A program made the translations under genes and the position numbers. Of a stretch of DNA of 64,000 nt, positions 38,262 to 49,620 are shown piece after piece. The notes beneath the pieces were generated by a model. That model was not told the origin of the DNA. It was given only the letters and a program-made list of their open reading frames with translations, and made no database searches. Within the stretch, counting starts at the first letter, position 1. Every line of letters begins with the position of its first letter. Source of the stretch: Candidatus Peregrinibacteria bacterium (GTDB lineage Bacteria; Patescibacteriota; Gracilibacteria; UBA1369; JACRIC01); contig JACPHH010000028.1 in assembly GCA_016188705.1 (NCBI GenBank), positions 1,534-65,533 on the forward strand, given 5' to 3'.

Positions 38262-38507
38262 ATGCTCTATTATAATACTTCAGAAGCCAGAAAGCAGTTA
38301 AATGACATTATAAACAGAGTAAAATATCAAAAAGTAATTATTTCCATCGGGCGGCGAGGAAAAGCAGAAGTGCTGATTATACCTAAAATTGATACTGATG
38401 AATCGTTGCCTATATCTGAAATAAATACTGCTTCCCAAAGCTTTGATTTTTTAGCAGAAGAACCTGAAATGTATTCAGTAAATGATCTAAAAAAACGTTA
38501 TGTATAA
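38262..38507 (+). CDS. Phd/YefM-like antitoxin
   Basis: NTSEARKQLNDIINRV...ISIGRRGKAEVLII; overlaps toxin start. Confidence 0.8.
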   Translation: MLYYNTSEARKQLNDIINRVKYQKVIISIGRRGKAEVLIIPKIDTDESLPISEINTASQSFDFLAEEPEMYSVNDLKKRYV

Positions 38508-38853
38508 ATTTGGAACACTTGTTCTTGTGCCATTCCCTTTTACGGACCTGACGTCGGCGAAATTGAGACCTGCGTTGATTGTATCGAAAACAAACCAACA
38601 GAGCGAAGATATCATGGTAGTTTTTATTACCACTAAAGCGCGTAAAAAACTCCAGAGTGGTCATTTTCTTTTAAAAAATATCGATCCATGCTTTGAACAA
38701 ACCGGCCTGAAAGTAAGTTCTTTGTTTCGTTTCGATAAAATAGCAACGATCAATAAAAAACTTATTCTTGGAGAGTTGGGAACGGTTCATAAAACAACAC
38801 TGAGTAAAATGCGATCACATTTTTTCTCTGTTTTTGGCTTTGAACATGCTTGA
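38500..38853 (+). CDS. PemK/MazF-family toxin
   Basis: GTLVLVPFPFTDL...KLRPALIVS, TGLKVSS, DKIATI. Confidence 0.9.
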   Translation: MYKFGTLVLVPFPFTDLTSAKLRPALIVSKTNQQSEDIMVVFITTKARKKLQSGHFLLKNIDPCFEQTGLKVSSLFRFDKIATINKKLILGELGTVHKTTLSKMRSHFFSVFGFEHA

Positions 38854-38906
38854 AATTCAGGAGTAAAAAAATCCACACGGACACTCGCCTTAAAAATTGT
38901 ATAAAA

Positions 38907-40622
38907 TTACGTCGTAATGGCTCCCTTGCTTGCCGAGCCGACACAGTCGTAGTATTTGGCGAGTACTCCGCGCTTGTATTTTTTTTCGGGCATTTTCAAT
39001 TTTTCTCGTCGCTGCTTTAAGGCGCCTTCGGAAACATGCAAAGTGATGGTATTTTCAAAAGGACGAATTTCAATCAAATCCCCTTCTTCCACTAAAGCAA
39101 TCGTTCCTCCGACTTGAGCTTCCGGAGCCACGTGCCCAACCATAATTCCATGAGTCCCTCCTGAAAAACGACCATCGGTAATAAGTCCAACATTTTTTCC
39201 TAAATCAGCTCCAACGAGCGCGGAAGTAACGGAAAGCATTTCTCGCATACCCGGTCCTCCTTTCGGCCCTTCGTAGCGAATCACCATAATATCACCCTTT
39301 TGAATTTTTCCATCCAAAATCGCATCCAAAGCGTCTTCTTCGCGCTCAAAAACTCGCGCCGGTCCTGTAATACATTTAATTTCTTTCCCGCTTAATTTCA
39401 TCACGCAACCTTCCGAAGCGAGATTGCCACGGAGAATTCTTAGATGATGACCAGCCTTGGAAAGCGGCTTTGAGATAGGAAAAAACACTTTTTGATTAGT
39501 CGGAATCTGGCCAGCGTCGATAAGATTTTCTCGTACCGTTTTACCAGTCACTGTCACGCAGTCGCCATGAATAAAACCAGCATCCATAAGCTCTTTCATG
39601 ACCATTGGAATACCGCCGATACGATCAAGATCAAGCATCACGTAATCACCAAATGGTTTCATGTTGGCCAAAAGTGGGACTTTTTCGGAAATTTTTTGAA
39701 AATCCGTTAATGTGAAATCAATATTCGCCTCGTGAGCCACGGCGAGAAGGTGAAGCACCGCGTTTGTTGAGCCGCCAAGCGCCATAACAACGGAAACAGC
39801 ATTCAAAAAAGCGTCGCGAGTCATAATATTTCGTGGCGAAATACGCTGTCGAATAAGCTCCAAAATCGCCAACGATGCCCGTTCTACTTCTTCAAGTTTT
39901 TGAGGACTTAAACGGTTATTATGATCGACGGCCTGTGTGGAAGCCGTCCTTGGAAGGCTTATCCCAAGCGCTTCAAAAGCTGAAGACATTGTATTGGCGG
40001 TATACATTCCTCCGCAAGCTCCACTTCCCGGGCACGAATGGCATTCAATGTGGTGAAAATCTTTCTGATTCATTTCTCCGCGAGAATATGCCCCGATAGC
40101 CTCAAAAGTACTCACGATCGTAAGGTCTCTATTTTTATAACGACCTGGCAAAATCGTTCCTCCATAAATAAAAATACTCGGAACATTGGTCCGCGCGAGT
40201 GGCATTACCGCTCCGGGGATGCTTTTATCGCAGCCACCAAGCGTAATTGCTCCGTCGCAATAGTACGCGTCAATCATCATTTCAATGCCGTCTGCGATGA
40301 GATCGCGGCTTACGAGTGAATATTTCATCCCCGCGGTTCCCATCGTTATGCCGTCACTCACAATGGGCGTTCCAAAAATAAGAGGCATGCTCCCCTTTTC
40401 CATAAGCTGGGTTTTGAGCCGATGTCCAAGTTTTTCAAGGTGGTTATTGCAGGGAGTCGCATTCGTATAAGGGCTTGCTACGGCGATAAGTGGTTTATCA
40501 AAATCAGCTTCTTTTGTAAAATCTACAGCCCGTAACATAGCTCGAGCCGCGGCACGTTTGATCCAATTTTTCTGTCCGCGCATTCCCGTCAGTTCTCCGC
40601 TGCGTATTTTAAGAGTTTCCAT
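38907..40622 (-). CDS. ilvD: Dihydroxy-acid dehydratase
   Basis: [49 protein letters not shown]. Confidence 0.95.
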   Translation of the reverse strand: METLKIRSGELTGMRGQKNWIKRAAARAMLRAVDFTKEADFDKPLIAVASPYTNATPCNNHLEKLGHRLKTQLMEKGSMPLIFGTPIVSDGITMGTAGMKYSLVSRDLIADGIEMMIDAYYCDGAITLGGCDKSIPGAVMPLARTNVPSIFIYGGTILPGRYKNRDLTIVSTFEAIGAYSRGEMNQKDFHHIECHSCPGSGACGGMYTANTMSSAFEALGISLPRTASTQAVDHNNRLSPQKLEEVERASLAILELIRQRISPRNIMTRDAFLNAVSVVMALGGSTNAVLHLLAVAHEANIDFTLTDFQKISEKVPLLANMKPFGDYVMLDLDRIGGIPMVMKELMDAGFIHGDCVTVTGKTVRENLIDAGQIPTNQKVFFPISKPLSKAGHHLRILRGNLASEGCVMKLSGKEIKCITGPARVFEREEDALDAILDGKIQKGDIMVIRYEGPKGGPGMREMLSVTSALVGADLGKNVGLITDGRFSGGTHGIMVGHVAPEAQVGGTIALVEEGDLIEIRPFENTITLHVSEGALKQRREKLKMPEKKYKRGVLAKYYDCVGSASKGAITT

Positions 40623-40758
40623 GCGTAAGGGTATCGATACGGAAGCATTTTATCAGATTAACGGATGAAATACTACAGGAACCTCGAAGCCTTTAAAAAA
40701 TGTTTTTTTGCCATAAACGCTTTATTCATCATAGAAGCATGAAATTGCTGACAGAAAA

Positions 40759-43700
40759 TCATTTTTTTATCGCGCGCAACCTGAGTTTTGGCTTACTTCT
40801 CTGGCGCATTATTGTGGCAATTGCAAGAGTTGCGGTAAGAACAATTGTAAATGGCACAATCCAACGTGGAGAAAAAAGCGCGGACGGTTCTTGAATGGTA
40901 AATTCAATTTTAATATCCGGACTTCGAACATTATCCTTGGAGCGAATGGCATAGGCCCAAATAGTATGATCACCTTGCTCAAGTTCTTGCGGAGAAATAT
41001 TAGAAAATGTGCCTTCGAGCGAGTCTGCGATCAGGGATGAAGAGAAAATGGCGCTTTTCCAATGAAGCACGACAACGCTGTTATAATCAGCCACTCCCAT
41101 GAGATAGGGTCGAAGATCATTGATTGTCAAATGACGGCCGGAAATAATTTGTTTGCCGGAAAGACGCGTGAGCTTCGGAGCAGTGATATCAAGAGTGGTA
41201 TTAATGATAAACGATATTTCTTTACTCGTGACCTGAGAAGAATCGCTATAACGTGCTATAATACGATACTCGCCATCAAGAAGTCCGTTGACTATTTCAA
41301 AAAGAAATTTTCCCTTATTCGTGACTTGATACGTTCCAAGGTCAAAAATCTGACCTTCTTCATTTTTTAATTGTATTGACACTGTGCTGTTCGGCTCGGC
41401 AACGCCTTGAATTACAGGTGTATTATCGGCAATAATGTCGCCATTGCGAAGATTTGTGAAATAAGGAATCATAGAGACAGGAGGAGTTATATCAAGTTCG
41501 CCTTCGGAAGATGTATTTTCAGTTGACTGACCTTCAGTTTGAACAATTTTTGGCAAACTTTTTATATTTTTCGGGTCAGTGTTGTAATCGAGAAATTCTT
41601 CACTGTCTTGATATCCATCGTTATCGGTATCGATTTTATTTTGATCCGTTCCAATGAGACATTCGGACCTGTCGCTCAAGCCATCCTTGTCCGCGTCAGT
41701 TGTTCCGCTGTACAAATCACACTTGTTCTCTGGACTTCCTCCACCAACAGCCTGAACAATGGTCTCTATTCCCACAGAAGATACGACCATTTCTTCGGTT
41801 TGAGGGCTATTTTCACCAGCTCCAGTGGATTGAGTATTTTCCTGTTCCACAACATTTTTTTCTTCATTTATGCCTGAAGTTTCTTCAGCAGAGCTTGTTT
41901 CACTCGAGGGAATGAGTATTTGATTTTCATTAGTTTCCGAAGTTGTGGAAGAGCCGGAAGTTGTTTGAGAATCGGATGATGAAGCGGGAGCTCCTCCGCC
42001 GGTACTTTCCGGAGAGGGAGAAGTTTCTTGTGAAGGAGTAGAAGTCTCCTCTGAAGGTTGAGAGGATTCCTGTGGAGTTTCCTGCTGAGTTGGAGTAGTT
42101 TCAGTTGTTGAGGGATTTTCATCCGAATTTTCTTCGCTGCCTTCAACGACTTCTTCGCTGCAAATATTAGAGCATCCATCTTCACTTTCCGTGTTACCGT
42201 CGTCACAAGTTTCCGTCGAATCTATAATGCCATTTCCGCATGAAGGATTATAATTTAAAATAATATGAATCCAAGGCTTATCGAGAGTAACAGCCTCATC
42301 CACTGAAAAGTCGATATTTTTATAGTAATGATTGGAAAAATAATCGCTCGACGCAATAAGAATAAAGTCTTCATTGATTGCCCAATCAACATTATCTATT
42401 TTTTCACGAATATTATTGAGAACATCCGGAAGCAAAGCATTTTTTATGCGAATACTGACAACCTCGTCGGCAATATCAGCATTCACTTTAATATCAATGT
42501 TTGTCGCGTTTTTTAAAAACTCTACTATCTTAGCCAAGGGCTCATAAGTGAAACGCGCTTCTTTAATATTGATGGTATCGAGATTTCGATAAATTTTTTG
42601 AGCCGCTTCAAGTTTTTTTGGAGAAAAAGAAGTTGAAGCTTCTCGCGCTGGCTCTTCTTCGGAAACAATGACATCTTGAAATTTTTTAATGTCAAAAGTT
42701 TGAGATGGCCATTCTGTGACTTGAGAAGAAGTTGATGTATTTTCCGTCATTTTTTCAGTCGTTGACTTCTTAGTTGTTGCCGTTTCCTGAGTCGTTATTT
42801 CCGGCGAAGAAGTTGTTTTTGGGGCAGTTGTTACTTCGATCGAAGGAGTTAATTCGGGTGTCGTCGTTATTGCCGATGGAGTTACGTCCGATGAGGAAGT
42901 TGATTCGGGAGAGGTTGTATCAGAAGATTGAGGATTTTTGATCGTTACTTTTTGATCAGGAGTATCAATAGCAGGCGTTTCAACGGAAGAAGAAGTTCCA
43001 CTGCTGTTACTTCCGCCGCCACCTCCTCCTCCGTAGGTAGTTTGTTCAGTGCTGCTGACGGTAAATGACCATGAGGTGGAAAGTCGATTCGCTGTAGTGA
43101 CAGTATCGTCAACCACCAAAGTAGCAGTGTGAGTTCCTACTGACATGGAGCCTGGCGGATCGTAACTTACATCATATATAGTTGGAACTGTAATCGCCGT
43201 GATTGTCGGAGTGACCGCCAAACCATCAAATTGCATTGAAATCGAGCTTGTATTAATGCCTGTGCCAGCGTCAGTAAGCCGAAACGTGACAACAGCAGTT
43301 GAAGAAACGCTTGTTGCATTTATCGCGGGAGATTGTGAGCTTATCACGGGAGGGCTGCTATCGGGATTTATGACTGTAAATGACCATGAGCTCGAAGCGG
43401 TATTTGGAGTAGACCACAAATCTTGCGCCCCTACCACCACGGTTATCAATGAATTAGCGGCAAAATTGGACGAAGGATCATAAGTCACATCGTAAATATT
43501 TGGGGCGGAAACAGCAGTGACGGTTGGTGTCACCGATACCCCTCCAACAGTGAGGCTAATCTGGCTCGTATCTAGCCCTGAATCAGCATCCGTCAGTCGG
43601 AAACTGATATTCGCATTTTGAGCGACATTCGTGGCTCCGCTGGCAGGAGACTGATTACTGATGCTGGGCGCGATATTATCATTTTCATAGGCTCCCATGT

Positions 43701-44742
43701 CATATGAGGAACCGTAAGGACGAGTGTTGCCGACGATATCGTTTGTCACGCTTGAAGTAGTGCCTGTATTAATGGAAGGCGAACTGGTTTGAAGTCTGAA
43801 ATTTTCAGAGCCGCTTGTCGTAGAAATATACTTGGGATCGGAAGAAATATCCCCTGTTCCGGCAGATGCGCCGCCGGAATAATTTGTGCTATTTGAAACA
43901 ATATTATTATAAGTATTCGTCAAAGTAGTATTCGAACTTTTAGTAAGACCCGTAGCGTTATTCGATATGATATTATTTGTTGCGGTAACAGTTGATGCTA
44001 CAAAACTTCCAATTCCAATTCCAATTCCAGGATTACTGAAAATCGTATTATTGACAAGAGTGGCGCTCGTCGATGGATTGATCCAAATGCCGTCAGTGGT
44101 ATTTCTGTAAATAACATTATTTGAAATAGTGAGTCCATCATTTATTAAGGATACATCGTCAGAGCCAACTTGAATGCCGTCTATAGCATTGGAATAAATA
44201 AAATTTCTACGAATAGTCACATTATCGGCATTTTTCCAGAGATTTATGCCATCATTGCCATTATTTCTGATGATATTGTCTTGAATGATAATATTATTAA
44301 CATTGAGAAGCTCAACGCCATGTCCAACCTGGCCGGAATCAGTAGTAATAGTAAATCCTGAAATGGTTACATCGCTGACAGTTGTATCTCCTCTCATGTC
44401 AAAAGTATTTCCTGATCCAGAAACAATAGTTGTAGTCGCTCCTGCCCCTGTAAGAGTGGCGCCGGAAGAAGGACGCAGCGGGAATGTTTCACCACTGGCC
44501 GTATTATAGGTTCCGGCGGCGACGCTAATGGTGTCTCCGCTGGCGATTTGAGTAAGTCCGAAAGTAATGGTTTTCCAGGGAGAGCCTTGAGAGCCATTAT
44601 TACCGTTGCTTCCTGTATTCACATTGACATAGTAGGTAGTGGCAGCTTGAGCAATATTGAGGAAAGGTTGAAATAGAGGCTCGCTGAAAACAAAAAATAA
44701 AATAAGAAGAATGGCAAAGGTTATTTTTTTGTTTGTTTTCAT
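40759..44742 (-). CDS. Large multidomain surface protein (DUF1565/beta-helix, Ig-like, STN-like, Cys-rich repeat, TSP3-like, C-terminal TM)
   Basis: Signal peptide, PWKTI, GETFPL, N/G beta-helix coils, DMGAYE, CGNGI..CDDGN....DGCS..C, DADKDGLSD, TM plus basic tail. Confidence 0.85.
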   Translation of the reverse strand: MKTNKKITFAILLILFFVFSEPLFQPFLNIAQAATTYYVNVNTGSNGNNGSQGSPWKTITFGLTQIASGDTISVAAGTYNTASGETFPLRPSSGATLTGAGATTTIVSGSGNTFDMRGDTTVSDVTISGFTITTDSGQVGHGVELLNVNNIIIQDNIIRNNGNDGINLWKNADNVTIRRNFIYSNAIDGIQVGSDDVSLINDGLTISNNVIYRNTTDGIWINPSTSATLVNNTIFSNPGIGIGIGSFVASTVTATNNIISNNATGLTKSSNTTLTNTYNNIVSNSTNYSGGASAGTGDISSDPKYISTTSGSENFRLQTSSPSINTGTTSSVTNDIVGNTRPYGSSYDMGAYENDNIAPSISNQSPASGATNVAQNANISFRLTDADSGLDTSQISLTVGGVSVTPTVTAVSAPNIYDVTYDPSSNFAANSLITVVVGAQDLWSTPNTASSSWSFTVINPDSSPPVISSQSPAINATSVSSTAVVTFRLTDAGTGINTSSISMQFDGLAVTPTITAITVPTIYDVSYDPPGSMSVGTHTATLVVDDTVTTANRLSTSWSFTVSSTEQTTYGGGGGGGSNSSGTSSSVETPAIDTPDQKVTIKNPQSSDTTSPESTSSSDVTPSAITTTPELTPSIEVTTAPKTTSSPEITTQETATTKKSTTEKMTENTSTSSQVTEWPSQTFDIKKFQDVIVSEEEPAREASTSFSPKKLEAAQKIYRNLDTINIKEARFTYEPLAKIVEFLKNATNIDIKVNADIADEVVSIRIKNALLPDVLNNIREKIDNVDWAINEDFILIASSDYFSNHYYKNIDFSVDEAVTLDKPWIHIILNYNPSCGNGIIDSTETCDDGNTESEDGCSNICSEEVVEGSEENSDENPSTTETTPTQQETPQESSQPSEETSTPSQETSPSPESTGGGAPASSSDSQTTSGSSTTSETNENQILIPSSETSSAEETSGINEEKNVVEQENTQSTGAGENSPQTEEMVVSSVGIETIVQAVGGGSPENKCDLYSGTTDADKDGLSDRSECLIGTDQNKIDTDNDGYQDSEEFLDYNTDPKNIKSLPKIVQTEGQSTENTSSEGELDITPPVSMIPYFTNLRNGDIIADNTPVIQGVAEPNSTVSIQLKNEEGQIFDLGTYQVTNKGKFLFEIVNGLLDGEYRIIARYSDSSQVTSKEISFIINTTLDITAPKLTRLSGKQIISGRHLTINDLRPYLMGVADYNSVVVLHWKSAIFSSSLIADSLEGTFSNISPQELEQGDHTIWAYAIRSKDNVRSPDIKIEFTIQEPSALFSPRWIVPFTIVLTATLAIATIMRQRSKPKLRLRAIKK

Positions 44743-44847
44743 ATTGTATGAATATTTAAAAATATATTTATCAGTACATATTAACATAAAATTATATAAA
44801 AAACAACGAGATATTATGTAACCGCTCACCGTTTTTTGGATCATACG

Positions 44848-45079
44848 GGATCATACGCTTTTTCTTTTGAAAAAAAGTACATATCGCTGGGAGGCGGGGG
44901 CTCGTCGCTCGGATACTCGGCTGGATCAAAAAGGACGAAAATTCGCTAAAAATGCTATCGGCTACGCATTTTTTAACGCTCATTTTCGCCTCTTTTTGAA
45001 AACCAAAAACCAGCCTGCGTAACTCGCTCCGAACCCACGCCTCCCAGCATATATATTCAAAGGAAAAAGCGTATGATCC
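44848..45079. mobile_element. Palindromic miniature element family B, full copy (232 bp)
   Basis: 17-bp TIR GGATCATACGCTTTTTC/GAAAAAGCGTATGATCC; internal stems such as GCTGGGAGGCG/CGCCTCCCAGC; extra GGATCATACG at 44838. Confidence 0.8.
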
Positions 45080-45090
45080 ATTTTTATCTG

Positions 45091-45120
45091 AAAAAAGCCC
45101 TCTCGCTTGAGAGGGCTTTT
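45091..45120 (-). terminator. Intrinsic terminator of the 1395-aa gene
   Basis: AAAAGCCCTCTC-GCTT-GAGAGGGCTTTT just after the stop codon. Confidence 0.85.
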
Positions 45121-45134
45121 GGAAAAAAAAATTG

Positions 45135-48100
45135 CTACAGGCTCATGCTAACCTGATCAGTTGGTAAACCGCTTAATTTATATCCATTTGTCCAATCGGT
45201 AGTAGTAGTGGAATGACTGGAAGCTGATCTATCAGACCAGACAGTATTTCCGCTGACGCTTGCGGCTGCCGCGTTGGTCGCGAAGCTGGTATCGTCCTGA
45301 ACACGCGTACTAATGCTGTTGTTCTGAGAATTTGTATCAATCGTAAGTGATCCTTTTACAATGTACGTTACCTTTCCACCCGCGCCAATCGTATCAGGGG
45401 TTGAAAGTTTAAACGCAGCCATATTATTGCTCACGGAAGCTGTCGCGAGCACCGTAGATTGATCGTTGTAATCATAAAGTGAAAGTGTGCCAGGCGTAAT
45501 GGAAGAACCTGCTACCTGAAGAGTTACTTTATAGAGATCTACCGATCCATTCGAATCAGCCGTTACATCGAAACAGTAGATGTTATTCGTGCCGCTGACA
45601 GGCTTTGTTGAATTCGTAGGACAGCCTGAGGAAGTGGAGTTCGTGGCAAACGTAGGAACAGTCTTATAGAGCGCGACATGATTGTTGTTACTGACATCGG
45701 CATCACTGGAAGTCACGTTATCGACTATAGAATAACCTGACGACTGCCCTATTGCCTCAAATTCATCCGTCGCGTCCGTCGCGTCAAAATCAATGCGAAT
45801 TCTGTCTCCGCTGAGAGTTGCTCCGCTTTCGATAGTATCCGTGTCCATATAGACGGAGAACTCTACAGTTTTATCTTTTGGCGCATAGAAGGAAAGACCT
45901 GTGAAATTTGCCAACTTCGTAGTAGTGCCAGTGAGAAGAACTTTTGGACTTGTGACGGTTATTCCATTTTTATCAGGATACTTAAAGTAGACATATTCAA
46001 CATCGTTTGTTGAAGCTTGTGAAAGATTGATGGCTTGAAGATTCAGCTTCGTGATCATGAAATCTTCATCTGTCGCCGTAGCTTTGAATTTCGATACAAG
46101 AACACCATTGACTCCTGCAATGATTTTTGAATCAGTTACCACATTGTCGGCATTGGCAATCGAAAGAGTGCCGGCCGAAGTGACTGTAATAACTCTTGAC
46201 GGCGTAGCTCCTCCATTTGGACTGCCAGGAGTTACCGTGATGGAACTTCCATCATCCGCTTTTTGAGCCGTTACTGAGCTTAGGTCAAATGAAAATCTAT
46301 CATTCGTGTTGTTTTGTGGAGAGGTAGTCGAAATTTGAACTCGTACTTCCAATTTTTCAATGATTCCAGCCTTTAAAGTCCAAGTCAATCCTGAGAATGT
46401 TACAGAACCAGTATTTGATACATTCTTTGAAACTGAAGAAATTTTGTTTCCGCTTCCGTCGTAAATATCAACAAATTGAACGGTATCTTTTAAATATTTA
46501 CCATTATCACTGCCGGCAGATCCATACGTTCCATCGCCATTTTCATCGAAGTAACCCTGAAGTACCACGTCGGTAACGAGTACATCTGCGGCTGTTCCGG
46601 CCGTGAAGGTGAATCCTACCGCTGGTACATTCGAGGAGCCTTTGACGAAGGTGTCAGAAACAGGACTGGACGCAAGGCCAATCGTAAGCGTAGGCATTTT
46701 AATCGTCATATTATTGCCCTGAATAGCGCTGGAAGGAACGATATTGGTGATATAATGACCATTTGTATCTGAAATGCCATCCGTTGTACTGACTGGATTA
46801 AGTGTTACATAGATTGATTCGCCGCTGAGAGCTGATTGATTGGCAATATCCATGGTAACAACGAGATTTTTCGATTTTCCTGCCGCAAGTGGCCAGCTAT
46901 CCGTAAAGGTCAGTGTTTGACTAATATCATATCCTGTACCCACGGAAGTGGTTGAAGTTAATTCTTTGGGTCCCATCAGCCAAGCGCCACTATCGGCATC
47001 AATAATTTTGATATCGCTAAAATTGGCAACCATAGAAGAACTATTCCAAAGATTAGCGGCCGGCGTTGATGTATTGGCCGAAGCCGCGGTAATCGTAAGC
47101 GTGAGTTTTTGCACTTCGATATTTGTTTGAGTTGAAAGATTCAATTTTAAAAATGGAACATCCTTTCCATTTAGAGCCACGTCCGTAGCAACTGGACCAT
47201 TGAAGGCAATAGTTACCTGTCCTCCTTCAATAATGGAATTGGATGAGTCGGGTACGCTGCCATCTCCATCAGAGTCGGTCGTCTGGTCGCCGTCATAATC
47301 ATTTCGATTAACCTGCGCTCCATATCCGTAAACGGTACCAATGGCAACGAGATCGGTATCTTCTTCCATAAAGATTTGAATGGTATCATTTGGATCAGCT
47401 TTAGCGCTCACGTCAGCGTAAACATAAAAAATGCGGTTATCACCTTTTTTAATTTCAAAAGGCGTCGCAAGTGAAAAGGTCATAATATCATCTTCATTGA
47501 CCATGTCATCCGTCGCGAGTTCAGTTGTGCTTTGATAGAGTTTAAAATTTGAAAGGTCGGCGCTTGCCGATACATTTCCTTTCACTGCTAATGCTATTTT
47601 CTGAACACTCATATCTTCATTTGCGGCCGTGAGTTGGAATTCAGCAATTTTTACATTCATTTGTCCAACGTGTGGATTGGGGATTGAACCATTTTTTGCA
47701 ATCTTAATGCTGCCGACGGTTGATGCACTGATTCGCATATATTCACCAATAACAGTGCCATTAAAATTTATATTTTTCGCGCTGGAATTAATTTTATCAG
47801 CTCCCGCGAGTTCAAACGCATTTTCATTTCCCGTGGCGGCCACGGCAGAGATATCAGCTTTTAGCGTAAGTTCAAAAGTTTCCCCAGCAGGAACCGTTAC
47901 ATCAATATTATTAAAGGAAACTTCATTAGTATCTGTGTTGATCAAATGACCGGAAGTAAGGCGTTCATCTCCATTATAAAGATAAACATTATTAAAATCC
48001 CATGCGGATCCAACTCCTATTCTATGAAACGTCATGCCATTTATTTCAACATTTTCCGAACCGGTATTTTTCAAATCTACCGCAAGAAATGGCACAGCCG

Positions 48101-49322
48101 TTGCTCCTTTGGGGACAGCAGAACTTTTTGGGCTATCTGGACTGAGTGAAACAATGAGTTCATCCCGCGATCCATAAAAATTAACACGCATCACATTGCT
48201 ATAAACATATTGACCTGTTCGCTGTTTTTTATATTTGAGAATGAAATAATACGTCGATTGGCCGGAAAGGTCTTCGGCGACATAGGTGATATCACTGCAT
48301 CCTGGACAGCTCGTAACGGTTCCTGAAAGAGTTGACCACTGTGAAACATCATCGAGGTATTGATCTTCCAAATATCCGACGGAATACTCAATGCCCTTCG
48401 ATGTCTGCGATGTTGCGTAAAAGGCGGTTTGGTAAGGATCAGCGGCATCAAGATCGGTCTTAAAATATTTTACCTCGCCTTCAATATAGTCGCCGCGTTT
48501 GGGAGCGGTCCATTCTAACAATAAGGGATTCTTGCTATTGCTTTGAGTTTCATCGGAAAGGTAAAGGTTGTCAATAATCGTCGTGGTATCTTTTTTAAAA
48601 ACTACATTGGTTTGCGTCGTATTATTGTTTTCATCCAGTTCGTGGATGGTATTAGTGGCATCCACTGTGACTGTAAAAACATGAGGGTTATTCGAAAGTT
48701 TTAAAGCTCGTTCTTCATAAGGAAGAAAATCTGAATGATAAACGTATTCTCCTCCTGAAGGAATTTTTTCAGCGGAAGATTGGAATTCATATTCAAAACC
48801 CCAATTTTTTTGATCAAAAATTGTCAGAGTAAATGGTGTTTTACTTGGATCAACGGCACCTTTTCCATTATTTTTTATCGTAACATCAAAAGAGACTGGA
48901 TCCGTTACTTTAGGTTCACTGCTTGGAGTAACTATAATATTTGAAACAGTAAGATCGGGAATGGCAGTCAGCGCAATATTGTAAGTTGTATTGCCATAAA
49001 CATTAAATTCAGCGTACAGAGTCTCATAACCATCTTTTTCCACGCGAAGTTTTTGATGCGTGTCCGTGGCGGGAATTTGAAGCGTGTATCGACCTGTTTC
49101 GCTGCTCACGGCTTGTTTTCCGCTTGTTTCACTTAAAATAACCACCTGTGAAAGTGGCGCGCGAGTAGATGATTCAGTTACCGTTCCTCGAATGAAGTAA
49201 AACGATGCCATTTTTGAAACCGCCACGCTTGCATATGCCGTTTGGCTTAAAAGCAAGGAAAAAAGGAGAAAGGATGAAAATATTTTTCGAGTCATGCGAG
49301 CCATAAAGGATGTTCGAACCAT
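45135..49322 (-). CDS. Large secreted S-layer-like protein (carboxypeptidase-regulatory-like, CARDB, tandem beta-sandwich domains)
   Basis: Signal peptide, PDLTVSNI...IHELDENNN (CARDB), repeated S/T-rich Ig-like modules, C-terminal DWTNGY..LP. Confidence 0.85.
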   Translation of the reverse strand: MVRTSFMARMTRKIFSSFLLFSLLLSQTAYASVAVSKMASFYFIRGTVTESSTRAPLSQVVILSETSGKQAVSSETGRYTLQIPATDTHQKLRVEKDGYETLYAEFNVYGNTTYNIALTAIPDLTVSNIIVTPSSEPKVTDPVSFDVTIKNNGKGAVDPSKTPFTLTIFDQKNWGFEYEFQSSAEKIPSGGEYVYHSDFLPYEERALKLSNNPHVFTVTVDATNTIHELDENNNTTQTNVVFKKDTTTIIDNLYLSDETQSNSKNPLLLEWTAPKRGDYIEGEVKYFKTDLDAADPYQTAFYATSQTSKGIEYSVGYLEDQYLDDVSQWSTLSGTVTSCPGCSDITYVAEDLSGQSTYYFILKYKKQRTGQYVYSNVMRVNFYGSRDELIVSLSPDSPKSSAVPKGATAVPFLAVDLKNTGSENVEINGMTFHRIGVGSAWDFNNVYLYNGDERLTSGHLINTDTNEVSFNNIDVTVPAGETFELTLKADISAVAATGNENAFELAGADKINSSAKNINFNGTVIGEYMRISASTVGSIKIAKNGSIPNPHVGQMNVKIAEFQLTAANEDMSVQKIALAVKGNVSASADLSNFKLYQSTTELATDDMVNEDDIMTFSLATPFEIKKGDNRIFYVYADVSAKADPNDTIQIFMEEDTDLVAIGTVYGYGAQVNRNDYDGDQTTDSDGDGSVPDSSNSIIEGGQVTIAFNGPVATDVALNGKDVPFLKLNLSTQTNIEVQKLTLTITAASANTSTPAANLWNSSSMVANFSDIKIIDADSGAWLMGPKELTSTTSVGTGYDISQTLTFTDSWPLAAGKSKNLVVTMDIANQSALSGESIYVTLNPVSTTDGISDTNGHYITNIVPSSAIQGNNMTIKMPTLTIGLASSPVSDTFVKGSSNVPAVGFTFTAGTAADVLVTDVVLQGYFDENGDGTYGSAGSDNGKYLKDTVQFVDIYDGSGNKISSVSKNVSNTGSVTFSGLTWTLKAGIIEKLEVRVQISTTSPQNNTNDRFSFDLSSVTAQKADDGSSITVTPGSPNGGATPSRVITVTSAGTLSIANADNVVTDSKIIAGVNGVLVSKFKATATDEDFMITKLNLQAINLSQASTNDVEYVYFKYPDKNGITVTSPKVLLTGTTTKLANFTGLSFYAPKDKTVEFSVYMDTDTIESGATLSGDRIRIDFDATDATDEFEAIGQSSGYSIVDNVTSSDADVSNNNHVALYKTVPTFATNSTSSGCPTNSTKPVSGTNNIYCFDVTADSNGSVDLYKVTLQVAGSSITPGTLSLYDYNDQSTVLATASVSNNMAAFKLSTPDTIGAGGKVTYIVKGSLTIDTNSQNNSISTRVQDDTSFATNAAAASVSGNTVWSDRSASSHSTTTTDWTNGYKLSGLPTDQVSMSL

Positions 49323-49584
49323 GGAAGATGAGTTAAAAATTGTATAAGTCCTCTGTAAAACATAATTTCATTATGAAATTTACAGGAGAAAGTAGATTCT
49401 CAAAGGACTTTATATATAAAAATAGAGAAAAATAAAATGATCTTCGCTTAAAATTATCCTCGCTTATTTGATAACGCATATCCGCATAATTTGCATAGCA
49501 TAGTATGGATAGTTTGATGGAAAGATAAAAAAGGACTGAGGAATGAATCCTAACATAAACGCCATGAAATAAACAAGAAAAAGA

Positions 49585-49612
49585 TAGAAAATTGTATGTG
49601 AACACTGCCTAG
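49585..49612. repeat. Family D terminal motif
   Basis: TAGAAAATT(G/T)TATGTGAACACTGCCTA also at 59238-59264; shorter copies at 30832 and inverted at 1793. Confidence 0.65.
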
Positions 49613-49620
49613 TAACTGCC

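Noticed and set aside
31020-38900. Prophage or ICE at tRNA-Asp
   Set aside because: No integrase, structural or conjugation genes and no duplicated tRNA end seen
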